A stretch of 64,000 bases of DNA from Hydrolagus colliei (Eukaryota). The stretch is from contig CM068759.1 in NCBI GenBank assembly GCA_035084275.1, positions 8,618,001 to 8,682,000 on the forward strand, in the 5' to 3' direction. Made by a program: the position numbers and the translations under genes. Shown here piece after piece: positions 11,477-22,840 of the stretch. How positions within the stretch are numbered: position 1 is the stretch's first letter; the number at the start of each line of letters is the position of its first letter. Below the pieces are notes generated by a model that made no database searches, was not told where the DNA came from, and saw only the letters and a list, made by a program, of their open reading frames with translations.

Positions 11477-14400
11477 AATTCTGTCACGTGTCTTTTACAA
11501 TCGCCTTATCTTCTTCTCTAACTGCACCAGCTGATTGGCCACATCGCTGGGAAGGTCTTCGTTGACTTGTTCCTCAAAATACTTCTTGATGGCTTTCACT
11601 TCCTCTTCCCAGAACCCTTTCTCCACGCTGAACAGCTCGGCCAAGTTAATGTTGTCGAGGCCCCGGATATTGAGGGCGTTGTCTCTGGGAATGAGGCCAA
11701 TAGGAGACGGCGTGGCGCAATCCTCTCCATTGATTCTCCTGCACATCCAATCCAGCACTCGGCAATTCTCCCCATAGCCTGGCCACAGGAAGTTGCCTTG
11801 CTTGTCCTTGCGGAACCAGTTGACGTGGAAGATCTTGGGCAGTTTGGCGCCGGGATGGTGCTGGATCCTGAGCCAGTGAGTCAGGTATTTGCCAAAGTTA
11901 TAGCCGAAGAACGGCCTCATGGCAAAGGGATCGTGCATGATGACCTTCCCTGTGAGACAAGGACAAGATCTGTGAGCATTCAATGCTGCTGATGGCAGAT
12001 TTCTCTAAACCTTTCCTGCAGATTATTGTTGTGTGTGAGGAGCTGATGTGTGTTGTTGATGTGTTTAGCTGCCGCATGTTGTCGGTGTGTGTCAGTGCCG
12101 TGTGTCAATGACCTGTGTTGTTACTGTGTGTCGCCGGTACCTTTGTGCTCAGCAGCCGCTGTAGCCTCTGACCTCATGGCGGCTCCGATGAACACTCCGT
12201 GCTGCCAGTTAAAGGCTTCGTACACCAGAGGGACACCTGGAACAGAGAGAAAGCATTTGAAGGCTCTGCTTTCAGACTCTGATCTCTTTGTGTTTTGTGG
12301 GGCTGAGAGAAGCCGGCTCTACAGCTCGGCCTACAATACCTTTTGGTCGCCTTCCGCCAAAGATGATGGCTTCAATAGGAACTCCTTCAGGGGACTCCCA
12401 GGCCGGGTCTATGATGGGACACTGACTGGCCGGACAGCAGAACCTGGAGTTGGGGTGAGCACACGGTTCTCCGTAGTTTGATGACCACTCTTTGTTTTTC
12501 CACGAAGTGATGGTGACCCCGGGAGGCAGAGCCTGATCCATGCCCTCCCAGTAAACCCCCCCGTCACTGGTCTCCCCCACGTTGGTGAAAATGGTGTTTC
12601 TGCTGATGGTCTTCATGGCGTTTGGATTGGTTTTCCATGATGTTCCAGGAGCCACACCAAAGAAGCCATTTTCGGGGTTGATGGCTCTCAGGTTACCTGT
12701 GGGAAAAAGACCATTAATGAGTGACTGACATTGTCTGTCCTTCATGTAAACAGTGAAGTTATACTGACAAACCGGTTGCCGTGAATGATGGCAGGAAATG
12801 AGCAAACCTTGCTTGTCGAATTTCATCCATGCAATGTCGTCCCCCACACACTCCACCTTCCAGCCCGGTAACGTCGGGCTCATCATGGCCATGTTGGTTT
12901 TGCCACAAGCGCTGGGGAACGCTGCCGCCATGTACTTCTTCTGGCCCTCGGGATTGGTGACTCCCAGGATCTGTGGAGGAGGAGCACAGCCTGATGAGCA
13001 GCTGATGGTGGTGCCATGTGGAGCTGATCTCTGTTCTATCCATACATGGAGTAAACGTGTTTCCTATTCTCACATCCCGTTCCCTGTGCTGAATCATGTG
13101 CATATTTCAAAGAGTTCCCGTTGTGAGACATTTGCTTGTTGTCTGATTTCACAATCCTCCCACACCAACCTGGTGTGATCTGAAAGCCATCCCTGGCTTT
13201 GTGAATCCAGATTATTACTGAATACTTCAGATACTCCTCTATTATAACAATAATAATAATCCTCACTTTCATTACAACGCTTTCCCGTCAGGAGGACGTC
13301 TCATGGTTGAAGTGGAGTGACTGTGTATTGTGTGTTCTCACCAGCATGTGCTCGGCCAGCCAACCCTCTTCCTGGCCTATTTTGGAGGCGATCCGCAGAG
13401 CAAAGCATTTCTTCCCCAGCAGCGAGTTCCCTCCGTAACCGCTCCCGAAGGAGATGATCTCCCTGCGCTGGGGGATGTGAGCCACCAGCGTCAGCTCTGG
13501 GTTACATGCCCAGTTATTGACAAGAGGTTCTAAACACAACAAACACTTTGTTACTTCAGTGTCAATAAGAAACCACACAGCTGGCCTGGAACAAGGTGGA
13601 TAATCCTCTCCCTCCCCTCCCCCTCCCTCTCACCTCCCTCCCCTTCCCTCCACCTCCCCCTCCCTCTCACCTCCCCACTCCCAAAGCTCACACTGTAATA
13701 ATGGGGCTAAACTCACTCTTCAGTGGCAAAGGACATCCGACTGAATGAAGGCATTTCACAAACTGCTCGTCGCCCAGAACCTCCAGCACATCTGATCCCA
13801 TTCGGGTCATAATCCTGGAGCTGGCCACTACGTAGGGGGAGTCAGTCAGCTGGATGCCTATCTTGGACAGAGGAGATCCGACAGGTCCCATGCTGAATGG
13901 AATCACATACATTGTACGGCCTGCAATGGAAAGGAAGAGACTGTTAATGTCTGTTAAAGGAAAGTTTTGTACACACACAAAAGAAATACTACTGATTGTG
14001 GAAAGAGCAAGGAATGGATTAGATTAGATTAGATTAGAGAGCTGCAGTGGGGAGTAAGAACAAGCATAGGCACGGCAAGGAAAGGCATTTGAGTGGAAAG
14101 CACCAGTGAGGAAAGAGCAGGGAATGAGATTACAGAAGATAATGATCAGGGGATAAAATGCACCAGCTCAGACATGATGGGCAGAATGTTCTCCTTCTCT
14201 GCGTATGTAAGCTTTCCATGAGTGTACAATTATAAACAATCAATATGATAATAAACCAATTAATGCCTGAGAAATGATAGCCAATGAGTAACTATTAACC
14301 GGACAGTTTGAGGCTCGGTACCTTTCATACACTCTGGAAAGCGTGCATTGAAAGCCTTGTCAAACTCCTTCTCTGACAGCCAGCGTCCCAGCAGGCTGGT

Positions 14401-15724
14401 TCCCAACTTTGGGGTGGGGATGGTGTCCCTCTGGTCAGGGGTAATGATGACGGTTTTCGACTCCACACGGGCCACGTCCCTTGGGTCAGTGCGAGCCAGC
14501 CAGCTGGAAGGGGCAAGTTTAAGAACTGATCAGTAACCCATATTCAAGCAAGTCAATCCTCATTAGTATCAGAAGAGAATAGAATAATATTACTGTACTG
14601 TGTCTGAATTTGGGATCAAGTATATTTTAGCTTTGGACTCAGTTCAGTTACATTCTCTCTCTCTCTCGAGCTGTCTCAGGTCTGAAATCGCCGTCCGGGA
14701 GAGAGATTGTTATAAGGTATCTGGTTACCTTCATATAAATGTTCTGAACTCTTTATAGGATGCAGAGGAACCTTGTGATCTGCACTTACTTTCTTTTCCC
14801 CAAAATGCTGACAGATTCCAACCTGTTTGGGGGGGAAGCTTTTGTGACTCGTGTATTTTCACGGTCTGCCTTTGTAGAAACATGTCACTCAAAAAGATTG
14901 TTCTGTTCTTCATACTGACAAGTGTCCAATACAAAGGAAATGAACTTTTTCCTTATTTGGTTTCCTTTTTCTCGCCATAACTCTAACTGAATAACTTGTT
15001 AACCTGTGAATCCTACCACTGGCAGCCACAAAATCAGTGCCTTCACCAAGCGTACTGACTAGCAGAGGGGTTAGAATCCAGCCCTGACATTAAATCAATG
15101 CCAGTCACCATATGAATCTACAACCTTGCGCCTAACTGAGGGTGTTTACCCACAGAATGCACAGTCAATTGTTGCTACAATATATTCTGTGAAGCGCTTT
15201 AAGACGTTACCAAGACGTGCTAAGGCACTATATCAACTGCAAGGATTACTATTTATTATTAGTATCCTCAAGTCTGGCTCAGTTGTAAAGTTAACTGTGA
15301 ATGTGCCGTTGGTGGAGCCCTGTGTCAGACACTCGCTGTTTCATGGCACCAGGTGATCGAGGAAAACCTCTCAGGATCTCAGCACTAACAACTCCCGCTT
15401 AGATGAACATGAAAAGCCCTCCCCAAAAAGAGCTTTGGAAGGAAAGAAACTCACTCACCAGTTCTCGTACTTGACCAGACGTTTGATAATGCCCTGCTCC
15501 TCCATCATGGCCAGGATCTCCTTGTTCTCCTCGCTGCTCCCATCACAGATGTGAATGAAGTCTGGACAGCACACCCGCACACTCTCCTCGATGAATTCTC
15601 TGACTCCAGCACTCAGACTGTTCAGGTCCCCACGAAGCACCTTGGAGGGGTGCAGAGGTTGTGCCTTGAGCTGGGGTGCCATGGCTTTCTCACCACACTG
15701 TTCACAGCCCTGCAAAATCACAAT
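11477..15724 (-). repeat. Arm 2 of the PCK1 inverted repeat
   Basis: Reverse complement of 2667-6664 with scattered SNPs and an extra 246 bp at 15098-15343. Confidence 0.95.
11495..15682 (-). CDS. PCK1: Phosphoenolpyruvate carboxykinase, cytosolic [GTP], copy B (622 aa, 8 coding exons)
   Basis: Minus-strand exons: 15682-15459, 14503-14322, 13920-13717, 13529-13342, 12970-12808, 12696-12340, 12236-12141, 11949-11495. Splice sites and frame are intact. The only amino acid difference from copy A that I found is GRTMY (B) vs GRIMY (A), plus several silent changes. Confidence 0.95.
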
Positions 15725-15989
15725 CACACCAGGTTACAATGGGAAACACACCTTCATTGTTCAGGTCTTTTCATCTATAAGAACTGTTCAAGAATACAGC
15801 AAATCAGCCTAGGTTTTTATCATCGTGTTGTTAAATCAATGTCACCAGAATGCACAGATTTGTTGAACCACTTTTGAGAGGAAGTAAAAAAACACAATCA
15901 ATGAAAATTGTCATATAACATATCAGACGCCAAGGTAAATATTTTAATATGTTTAAAGTTTTCTGTGTTTCTGAGGTAGATTGACTTAC

Positions 15990-16300
15990 CGGTTTTCCGT
16001 GCTTTAAAGGAGCTTCAATGAGCTTGCTCAAATGTCCTCTTCCTCCTTCTGGTTCTCAGCAATGTCAAGCTTGAACTGCTCACTTTATCTGCTGAGCTCC
16101 CCAAAGTTGTTGAGCCCTTTATGTACAGAAATCACGAGCCTTCTCATTAGCTGGGGATGTGGGTGTTGTCTTGGTCACCATTGATAAGGGACACACCTCC
16201 TCAAACGTAGTTAATGCATAATCTAATAAAAAAATAGTCTGTAGACAATATCTGACCCTGGATCAACAATCAATAGCATAAAGTTTTTTTTAGCTGAGGT
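15990..16300 (-). promoter_or_regulatory. Putative PCK1-B non-coding exon 1 and promoter (unrelated to copy A)
   Basis: Minus-strand donor CCG|GTAAGT at 15990/15989, pairing with the acceptor at 15710/15709. TATA-like TACATAAAG at ~16117-16125, GATA motifs at ~16083 and ~16183, HNF1-like GTTAATGCATAA at ~16210, DR1-like TGACCCTGGATCA at ~16252. Confidence 0.5.
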
Positions 16301-17462
16301 TTGCAAAATGTAGATTGTGGGTAGCGAGTGCAATAGTTTGACCTGTACACGAAGCAGCAGTAATCTTTATTTTATGAAATGGGCTTGGAATTGCCCAATA
16401 GAACTCATTGTTATTTCAGTTATTCCCTTTTGATGCCCTTGCTGCTCCAATCAGCTCTTTGTAAAACCTTACACACCTACAGAGCTGAAGGGCACCTGCC
16501 TGGTCAGTCACTGGTTGGTCTGGGAACTGGAGGCTTGGTCAGGGTGTGTTTCCAACCCACAGTAACTTTTTCAACTCAAAATAGAATAAAATACATATAC
16601 TGTATATCTTTTATGGTCAGCCTGATACATGCAGAAACCTATCACCGTCAGTATCCAAATCTAACTGAGAATTCCATGCACTGTAAATTCAGTGCGGCAC
16701 TTTGAGACGTCTAGAAGACGTGAAAGGCTCTATAGCAAATGTAAGGATTATTAATATTATGATCCATCTTTTGGGAGCTTGAACAGTTTCTCGGGAATGA
16801 CTTCCTAACACAATGCAGCAACCACTGGCATATTTCCACTCCCAATCCGGTGTCCTCCCAATTGGCGACTACTGCAGCTACCATGAGAGAACGTTCGCCA
16901 GGGAAGGAGGGAGAGAGTGGGCCAATGTTGGAAATGTTCTGCTCTGTATAAATGTGCTACAAGGAAGAACAGTTAACATTGAGGCTCAGGTGTTGAAAAC
17001 TACAAGACTGTCACAGAGAGACGACTCAATTCTGATCTCCCATTGTCAGGCACAGCATCTGGGAGTCAACCTGTTCCCAAAGACATTCCCCCATCCCCCT
17101 TGAGGATAGTCACTAGTAAGTCAGTAGAAATCTGCAAGCACAGATCTTACGAGTTGTGTCTGATAAGCAGCACAAGAAGCTCTCCATGTGCACCACTCCA
17201 CCACAACTGGAGTTTAACAACAACAGCAACAAAATTACATTTGTATAGCACCTTTTAAAACACCATGGACCAGAAATTGAACTGGAGTCTTCCTGATCCG
17301 TATGGACCTGTGCCAGCAACACAGTGCTGCTAAAATAATAATGATTATTAATAATCCTTACATTTGATACAATGCCTTATCATTTCATTGAGATGCTACA
17401 GCAACCCTACAGCATCTGTGGATACTCTGAAGATCCTTAGATATTTCTTTCACCATAATTGT

Positions 17463-20336
17463 CAACAACAACAACAACAACAATTTACATTTATAGAGCG
17501 CCTTTCACGTCGGGAGGACGTCCCAAGGCGCTGAACAGGAGGCGTGTGACCCGAGCTGGGAGGGGAGTGTTTGGGAAGGGGTGAAACACGAAGGGGAGGT
17601 AAAAGAGTTCGGGGTGGAACAAAAGGCACGATCGAAGAGGAAAGTCTTCAAACCGGCCTTGAAAGAGGAAAGGGAAGAGACGAAACGGAGGGTTTGAGGG
17701 ATGGCATTCCATAAGGTGGGAGCGGAGAAACTGAAGGCCCGGCCTCCGATGGTGGGGCGGTTCGGGCGGGGGGCTTGGAGCAGGCCAAGTCCTGTTGAAC
17801 GGAGGGTCCGGGTGGGCGTGTAGGGGGAGAGTAGATCGGTTAAGTAGGATGGGGCAAGGCCGAGTAAGGCCTTGTAGGTGAGGACGAGGATCTTAAACTC
17901 GATCCTCTGGAGGATGGGGAGCCAGTGGAGACGGGCGAGGGTGGGGGTTATGTGGTCGCGGAGGCGGGTGCGGGATAGTACACGGGCTGCAGAGTTTTGG
18001 ATGGCCTGCAGCCTATGAATGGAGGAACTGGGGAGGCCGATTAGGAGAGAATTTCCGTAGTCCAGCCGTGAGGTGATGTATGCGTGCACAAGTGTTTCGG
18101 CAGCATGGGGGGTAAGATAATTACGGAGCCTGGCAATGTTGCGCAGATGGAAATAGGCGGTGCCGGTCAAGGCGCGGATGTGGGGGAGGAAGGAAAGTTT
18201 TTGATCGAACATGATGCCGAGGTTCCTGATTGGCTATGTGAGGTGGAGAGTGCAACCTTGGATATTGAGGCTGGCAGCGCCCGATGTGCAGAGGCGCTGG
18301 CTTGAGCCAATCAGGAGGGCCTCGGTCTTATTCACGTTCAATTGCAAAAAGTTGTCCCTCGTCCACGACTCGATGTCGGACAGACATGCTGTCAGAACAT
18401 CGATCGTCTGGGGGTTGAGGGATGAGGCAGAAAGGTACAACTGGGTGTCATCCGCATACATGTGGAAATTTACCCCATGTCTGCGGATGACGTCACCCAG
18501 AGGGAGCGTGTAAAGGGTGAAAAGGAGGGGACTGAGGACAGAGCCCTGTAGGACGCCGTGGGAAACTGTGCGGGGGTTTGAAGAAAAACCATTGGAAGTA
18601 ACAAAATGTAAACGGTGGGTCAAATAAGAATGGAACCAGTCAAGGACTGTGCCTTGAAGGTTGAGGTGGGAGGAAAGACGTTGAAGGAGGATGGTGTGAT
18701 CGACTGTGTCGAACGCAGCAGACAGGTCAAGGAGGACGAGGAGGCAGAGGGAGCCATGGTCACAGGCGGTTAGGATGTCATTTGTGACCTTAACCAGGGC
18801 AGTTTCTGTGCTTGTGGATAGGGCGGAAACCTGATTGGAGGGGTTCAAGAAGTGAGTGATTTTAAAGGAAAGAGCGGAGCTGGGAGGCAACCACTCTTTC
18901 AAGGACCTTGGATAGAAACGGGAGGTTGGAGATGGATCGATAACTTGATGGTTGCGACACATCAAGGGAGGGTTTCTTCAGGATAGGGGTGATGGTGGCT
19001 GTTTTAAGGGAGGTAGGGACGGTGCCTGAGGATAGGGAAAGGTTAATGGTGTCAGAAATGAGTGGGGCTAACAAATGGAGCTGTGTGCGGAGGAGGGGGG
19101 TGGGGATGGGGTCCAATGAACACGTGGTGGGTTTCATGGAGGTGATTGTTTTTGTGACTGAAAGCGGGGTGGTGGGGTTGAAAGTGTTAAATGGGGGGGT
19201 GAGTAGGGGTTGAGGTAGCTGATGAGGGCGCGGAGGTGGAGGAGTGGTGGGGGGAGGAAACCGCAGAGCAGATTTTCTCAATTTTGGACTCGAGGAAATC
19301 CAGCATCTCCTCACAACGAACGTTTGAGGAGAGGATCTGCGAGGTGAGGCGGGGGGGCGGAGGAGCTTGTTGGTGGTGGCGAAGAGGAGGCGGTGGTTGT
19401 CCTTCGCTTCCAGGATTATCCTGGAATAGAAGGCTGATTTGGCGGTGGTTAGGGCGGAGCGGTAAAATTTTATGCGGTCCAGCCAGATTTGCCGGTGGAT
19501 CGTGAGGCCAGATTTGAGCCAGGTGCGTTCAACTGCTCTCACTTGGCTTTTGAGGGAACGGAGGTGAGTTGTGTACCATGGTGATGATCGGGAGTGGGAG
19601 ACGGTTTTGGAGGTGAGGGGGGCCAGGGTGTCGAGGGTAGTGGAGAGGGTGTTGTGGAGGGCGGTGGAGGCAGAGGATGGGTCGGTACAAAAAGAATGCC
19701 ATTGTGGGAAGAGGTCGGAGGTTTCTAGGGCAGAGGTGAAAGTTTGAGGGGGAATCTTCTTCCAGGGCCGGTAGAAGATGGTGGTGGGTTTGGAAGTGGA
19801 GGGGGGAGGGATAGAGGTGTTGCAGGAAATGAAAAAATGGTCGGGAATGGCCTTGTCTGTGATGGTGACGCCAGAGACGTTGAGGCCTCGTGTGATCACT
19901 AGATCGAGAGGATGGCCGTGAGTGTGGGTGGCAGTGTTAATATGAAGGGAGAAGTTGAAAGACGAAAGTAAAGAGGAAAATTCTGAGGAAATGGGGCAGG
20001 AGGGGGTGAAATGGAGGTTGAAATCGCCAATAATAATAAGGCGATCAGAGGAGGCACAAAGGGAAGTTAAAAGTGAAGAAAAGTCTGAAATGAAAGTGGG
20101 GGAGGGTTTGGGGGGGCGATAAACTAATAGGATTTTGAAAGAATTGTGGGAGGAGTGAGAGAGGGTGAGTTGTTCGAAAGAGGGGAAGGAGCCGGAGGAA
20201 TAGGGGGATAGGGCGAGGGATGACTTTGAGATGAGGGCCACGCCACCGCCACGACGGTTGGGTCGAGGAGCATGGTGGAATGTGTAGTTGGGTGGTGTGG
20301 CTTCAACAAGGGGAAAAGTGTCGCCTGGGGTGAGCT
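17463..20336 (-). mobile_element. L2-clade LINE, 5'-truncated, ORF2 (APE endonuclease + reverse transcriptase) broken by frameshifts
   Basis: ORFs 18862-20376 (VYRPP, GDFN, LDLVIT), 18234-18965 (LLDLSAAFDTVDH, QGSVL, YADD) and 17505-18212 (L2 C-terminus, RLDYGNSLL, LHWLP). The 3' end reads ...GGCGCTCTATAAATGTAAA(TTG)n. Confidence 0.93.
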
Positions 20337-22060
20337 TATTCGTTATCTCTGGGTCACGGGATTCAAACAATTGCAATGCTTGTACCAGTAGAAGGTTAGT
20401 CCAACATGGGTTATGTGTGGATGGATTATCTTTAAAAGAAAGTACAAAACTACAGGGATATGGAGAAAAGACGGGTGGTTTATATAGAGAATATCAATAT
20501 TTATCTACATAACTAGAAATGTGCTACAAGGAAGAAGTTAACATTGAGGTTGTTAACATTACAGCATCAGCTCACAATCTCATTCCCTCAATGGGACTTG
20601 GGATACATGTAGGGCTCTACAACGTTTCACATCAACAGGCGTAAGACATTCCTTACCTTTCCCAGATTTCTATTAATGTGATACTCACTGTTCAATGGCA
20701 GTTTCCATGACTCAATCCCGTGATACAAAAAGCAGTGATATGCATCTTAGTGACTGAACAGGGGGAAATATCAAAGCTGAAAAAAAGCATGCGAGGGACG
20801 TCTCAGAGGGGCAATTATAAATATAATATTCTAAACTGATCAACACAGAATTATACTTTCTTATGGCAAGGGAGTGGGATTGCAGGGCACATTCAAGATG
20901 TCATGGGCAATTTTAGGACAGATAGAAGTATTTCTTTGCACAAACTGGAACAGTTTATCAAGAAGTGCAGAGCTCAAGGCTCAAAAATGCCTCAAATCTG
21001 AAATTGGAATTTGCTGGTTAGAGGGGACCAATCATTGTGTCTGGAACTCAGTAACTTTTCTGATGAGTTGACAAGTATCTTGCTGACAGAAATTATTTGG
21101 AGTTTACTTTTTAAAGGAATGATATTTATTTTAAGAGGTAAAGTCTGAGGTGGCCATTTGCAGAGAGAAATTTTGTAGGTATCTTTTATTTAATTTACAT
21201 TGTGTATTTTTATCCACAGTGTGGTGGTTGTTTGCTAAGTCAATCACATTTTGCAGATAGTGGATTGTGTTTCCTTTGGAAAGGAGCCATGTTTGTTCAG
21301 GACGTGATATCTGAGATAGGTAGACATAAGAGTACGCAAGTGGCATTATCTAGATGCTTCGATCACGCTCACAGAAAAGACATGGTGTTGCTTCTGATTT
21401 ATGCAAACATTGACACAAAATCTCTGGAAATCAAACCAGTACAGTTTGGGTGCAGCTTGAAAACTCTCAATTTCTGGTGACTACTTGACTTGTTTTTTTT
21501 TTTTAATTGCCTGAAAAAACCTTGCCAATGGGGGAAAAAAGTGCCATAGGTGCAAAAACAATATAGTGCTGTATATTAATTCCTCCCGCAACCTAGTGTG
21601 ATTGCAATTCAAGGGTCAATGTATTTTTGGAAAACATATAACCCTCAAAATGATTGACGATAACACTAGTTATTTATTCTGTGAATCACCTGACTCTGAT
21701 GTATATTACATTTTTATCATTTCACATGTATGAACTGTGTTTTGGTTTGAAACTTTTGTACATTCGAATGGCGTTTCCTGACACACTTATCACGTTACAT
21801 ATGGTCCTAATATTTTATTCCAGTTTATGTCTCAAACAATTCACCCAAATTGCAATTCACCCATATCACTCTTGCCATTCAGCTTTCATCTCAATCTTTC
21901 TCCCAGTGGCTGTCACTGATGGGTAGCAGCATAAAGAACTCCAATAAAGCCTTGATTATTTTTTACCTTACTTCTGTCACTACTAGCTCCCACCCATCAA
22001 ATCTCAGTTCCAGCAGCAGTGGGGGACAGGGGTGGGGGGGGTGAGGACGTAAGTGGTGGT

Positions 22061-22092
<32 letters not shown>

Positions 22093-22599
22093 ACGTGAGC
22101 GGTGGGGGCTGCGGAGGACACAGCTGAAAATGAGTCCACAGCAAGATTTTTGACCAGGTATCTGACACATGTGAAAATCCTGTCACCATACTTCAGAGAA
22201 TCCAAACTGAAAATTCTATGCATCCAACTACACATTGAAATTCCAGCGATAGATTGATGGAATACAATACTGTATAATACAATCTCTCCCTGGAGTTATA
22301 CATCCTGCTTACCTAATTCCGGAAAGTGTTAGGCCCAGGTTGGCAAGAGCCGAGGCTTGGGGAAACCAGAGTGCATGTTGGGGTAACTGCTGGAGTCTAA
22401 CCAGCTAAAAACTGCATAGTTTGGCATTGATATCACTATCTGGTAAGCTTACCTGCTACTTTTCCAGCTAGGACCACCCTGCTGGTTGGGTCTTTGGTTT
22501 GCAAGGAGCTGAGTGTGAGGATTCCCTGCCCCCAGTGACTGGTCTGTTCTTCCAAGTCCTGCTGATGACCCAGGCTGGCTGTGCTGTCATTATAAGTAG

Positions 22600-22840
22600 G
22601 ATCCCGGTTGTTAATCGATTGGCGAATTCCTTTTCCGAGGATAATATTCCTTTAAAAAAATTATAATTTGGTCACTCAATCTCCGACTGTTTGTGGGACA
22701 ATGCTGTGCACCAAAGCTGCTGCGTTTCACATACAGATATTGTATAGTGAATTCACTTTACAGTATATTCTGTGAAGCGTTTGAGACATCCAGAAGACGT
22801 GAAAAGTACTGTCACATGCAAGGATGATTATTATTAGTAG
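22600..22840 (+). mobile_element. SINE fragment
   Basis: Family core gactgtttgtgggaca ... attcactttacagtatattctgtgaagcg. Confidence 0.7.

Noticed and set aside
11495-15682. PCK1-B as PCK2, a pseudogene or a falsely duplicated haplotype
   Set aside because: It has no mitochondrial presequence, its frame and splice sites are intact, and its flanks are unrelated to copy A, whereas an allelic duplicate would share them. Long-read confirmation is still desirable.
22021-22111. Poly-G run and its Pro-rich ORFs
   Set aside because: A simple repeat whose length is unreliable in assemblies.
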